Assembly: GCA_030390025.1 (NCBI GenBank)
Contig: CM059432.1
Coordinates: 93,002,001-93,066,000 of the forward strand
Length of the DNA stretch: 64,000 nt
Direction of reading: 5' to 3'
Source of the DNA: Squalus acanthias
Taxonomy: Eukaryota
Shown: one piece after another, positions 63,936 to 64,000 of the stretch
How the letters are laid out: each line of letters opens with the position of its first letter
Numbering within the stretch: the stretch's first letter is position 1
The notes under the pieces: generated by a model
What the model was told of the DNA's origin: nothing
Database searches by the model: none
Seen by the model: the letters and a program-made list of their open reading frames with translations, nothing else
Translations under genes and position numbers: made by a program

Positions 63936-64000
63936 ATATTAATTTGCTGCCTGATCATTAGTGATCAAAGGGAATTTTATTATGTGCTGAGAAATCTCAG

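Overview
Vertebrate genomic DNA, most likely a cartilaginous fish (inferred from the repeat families), dominated by transposable elements: many CR1 LINEs including one near-complete copy with uninterrupted ORFs at ~30455-34417, a second LINE family, Penelope-like fragments, tRNA-headed SINEs, PIF/Harbinger elements and MITEs. A minus-strand multi-exon gene for an uncharacterised coiled-coil protein runs from an RFX X-box/ETS promoter at ~53700 through nine phase-compatible coding exons (371 codons, 53640 to 15311); its 3' end was not located. The gene contains a U12 AT-AC intron (49266-49481) and a probable GC-AG intron. The most unusual features are a perfect spacer-less 228-bp palindrome carrying a minimal hammerhead ribozyme on each strand (37177-37404, 12-bp TSD), dispersed covarying minimal hammerheads in Penelope ends, a TTTAAAC -1 slippery site joining CR1 ORF1 to an ORF2 whose endonuclease domain has no AUG, and a 5-kb polypurine satellite with a ~1.5-kb higher-order duplication. 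All calls were made by eye and repeat boundaries are approximate.
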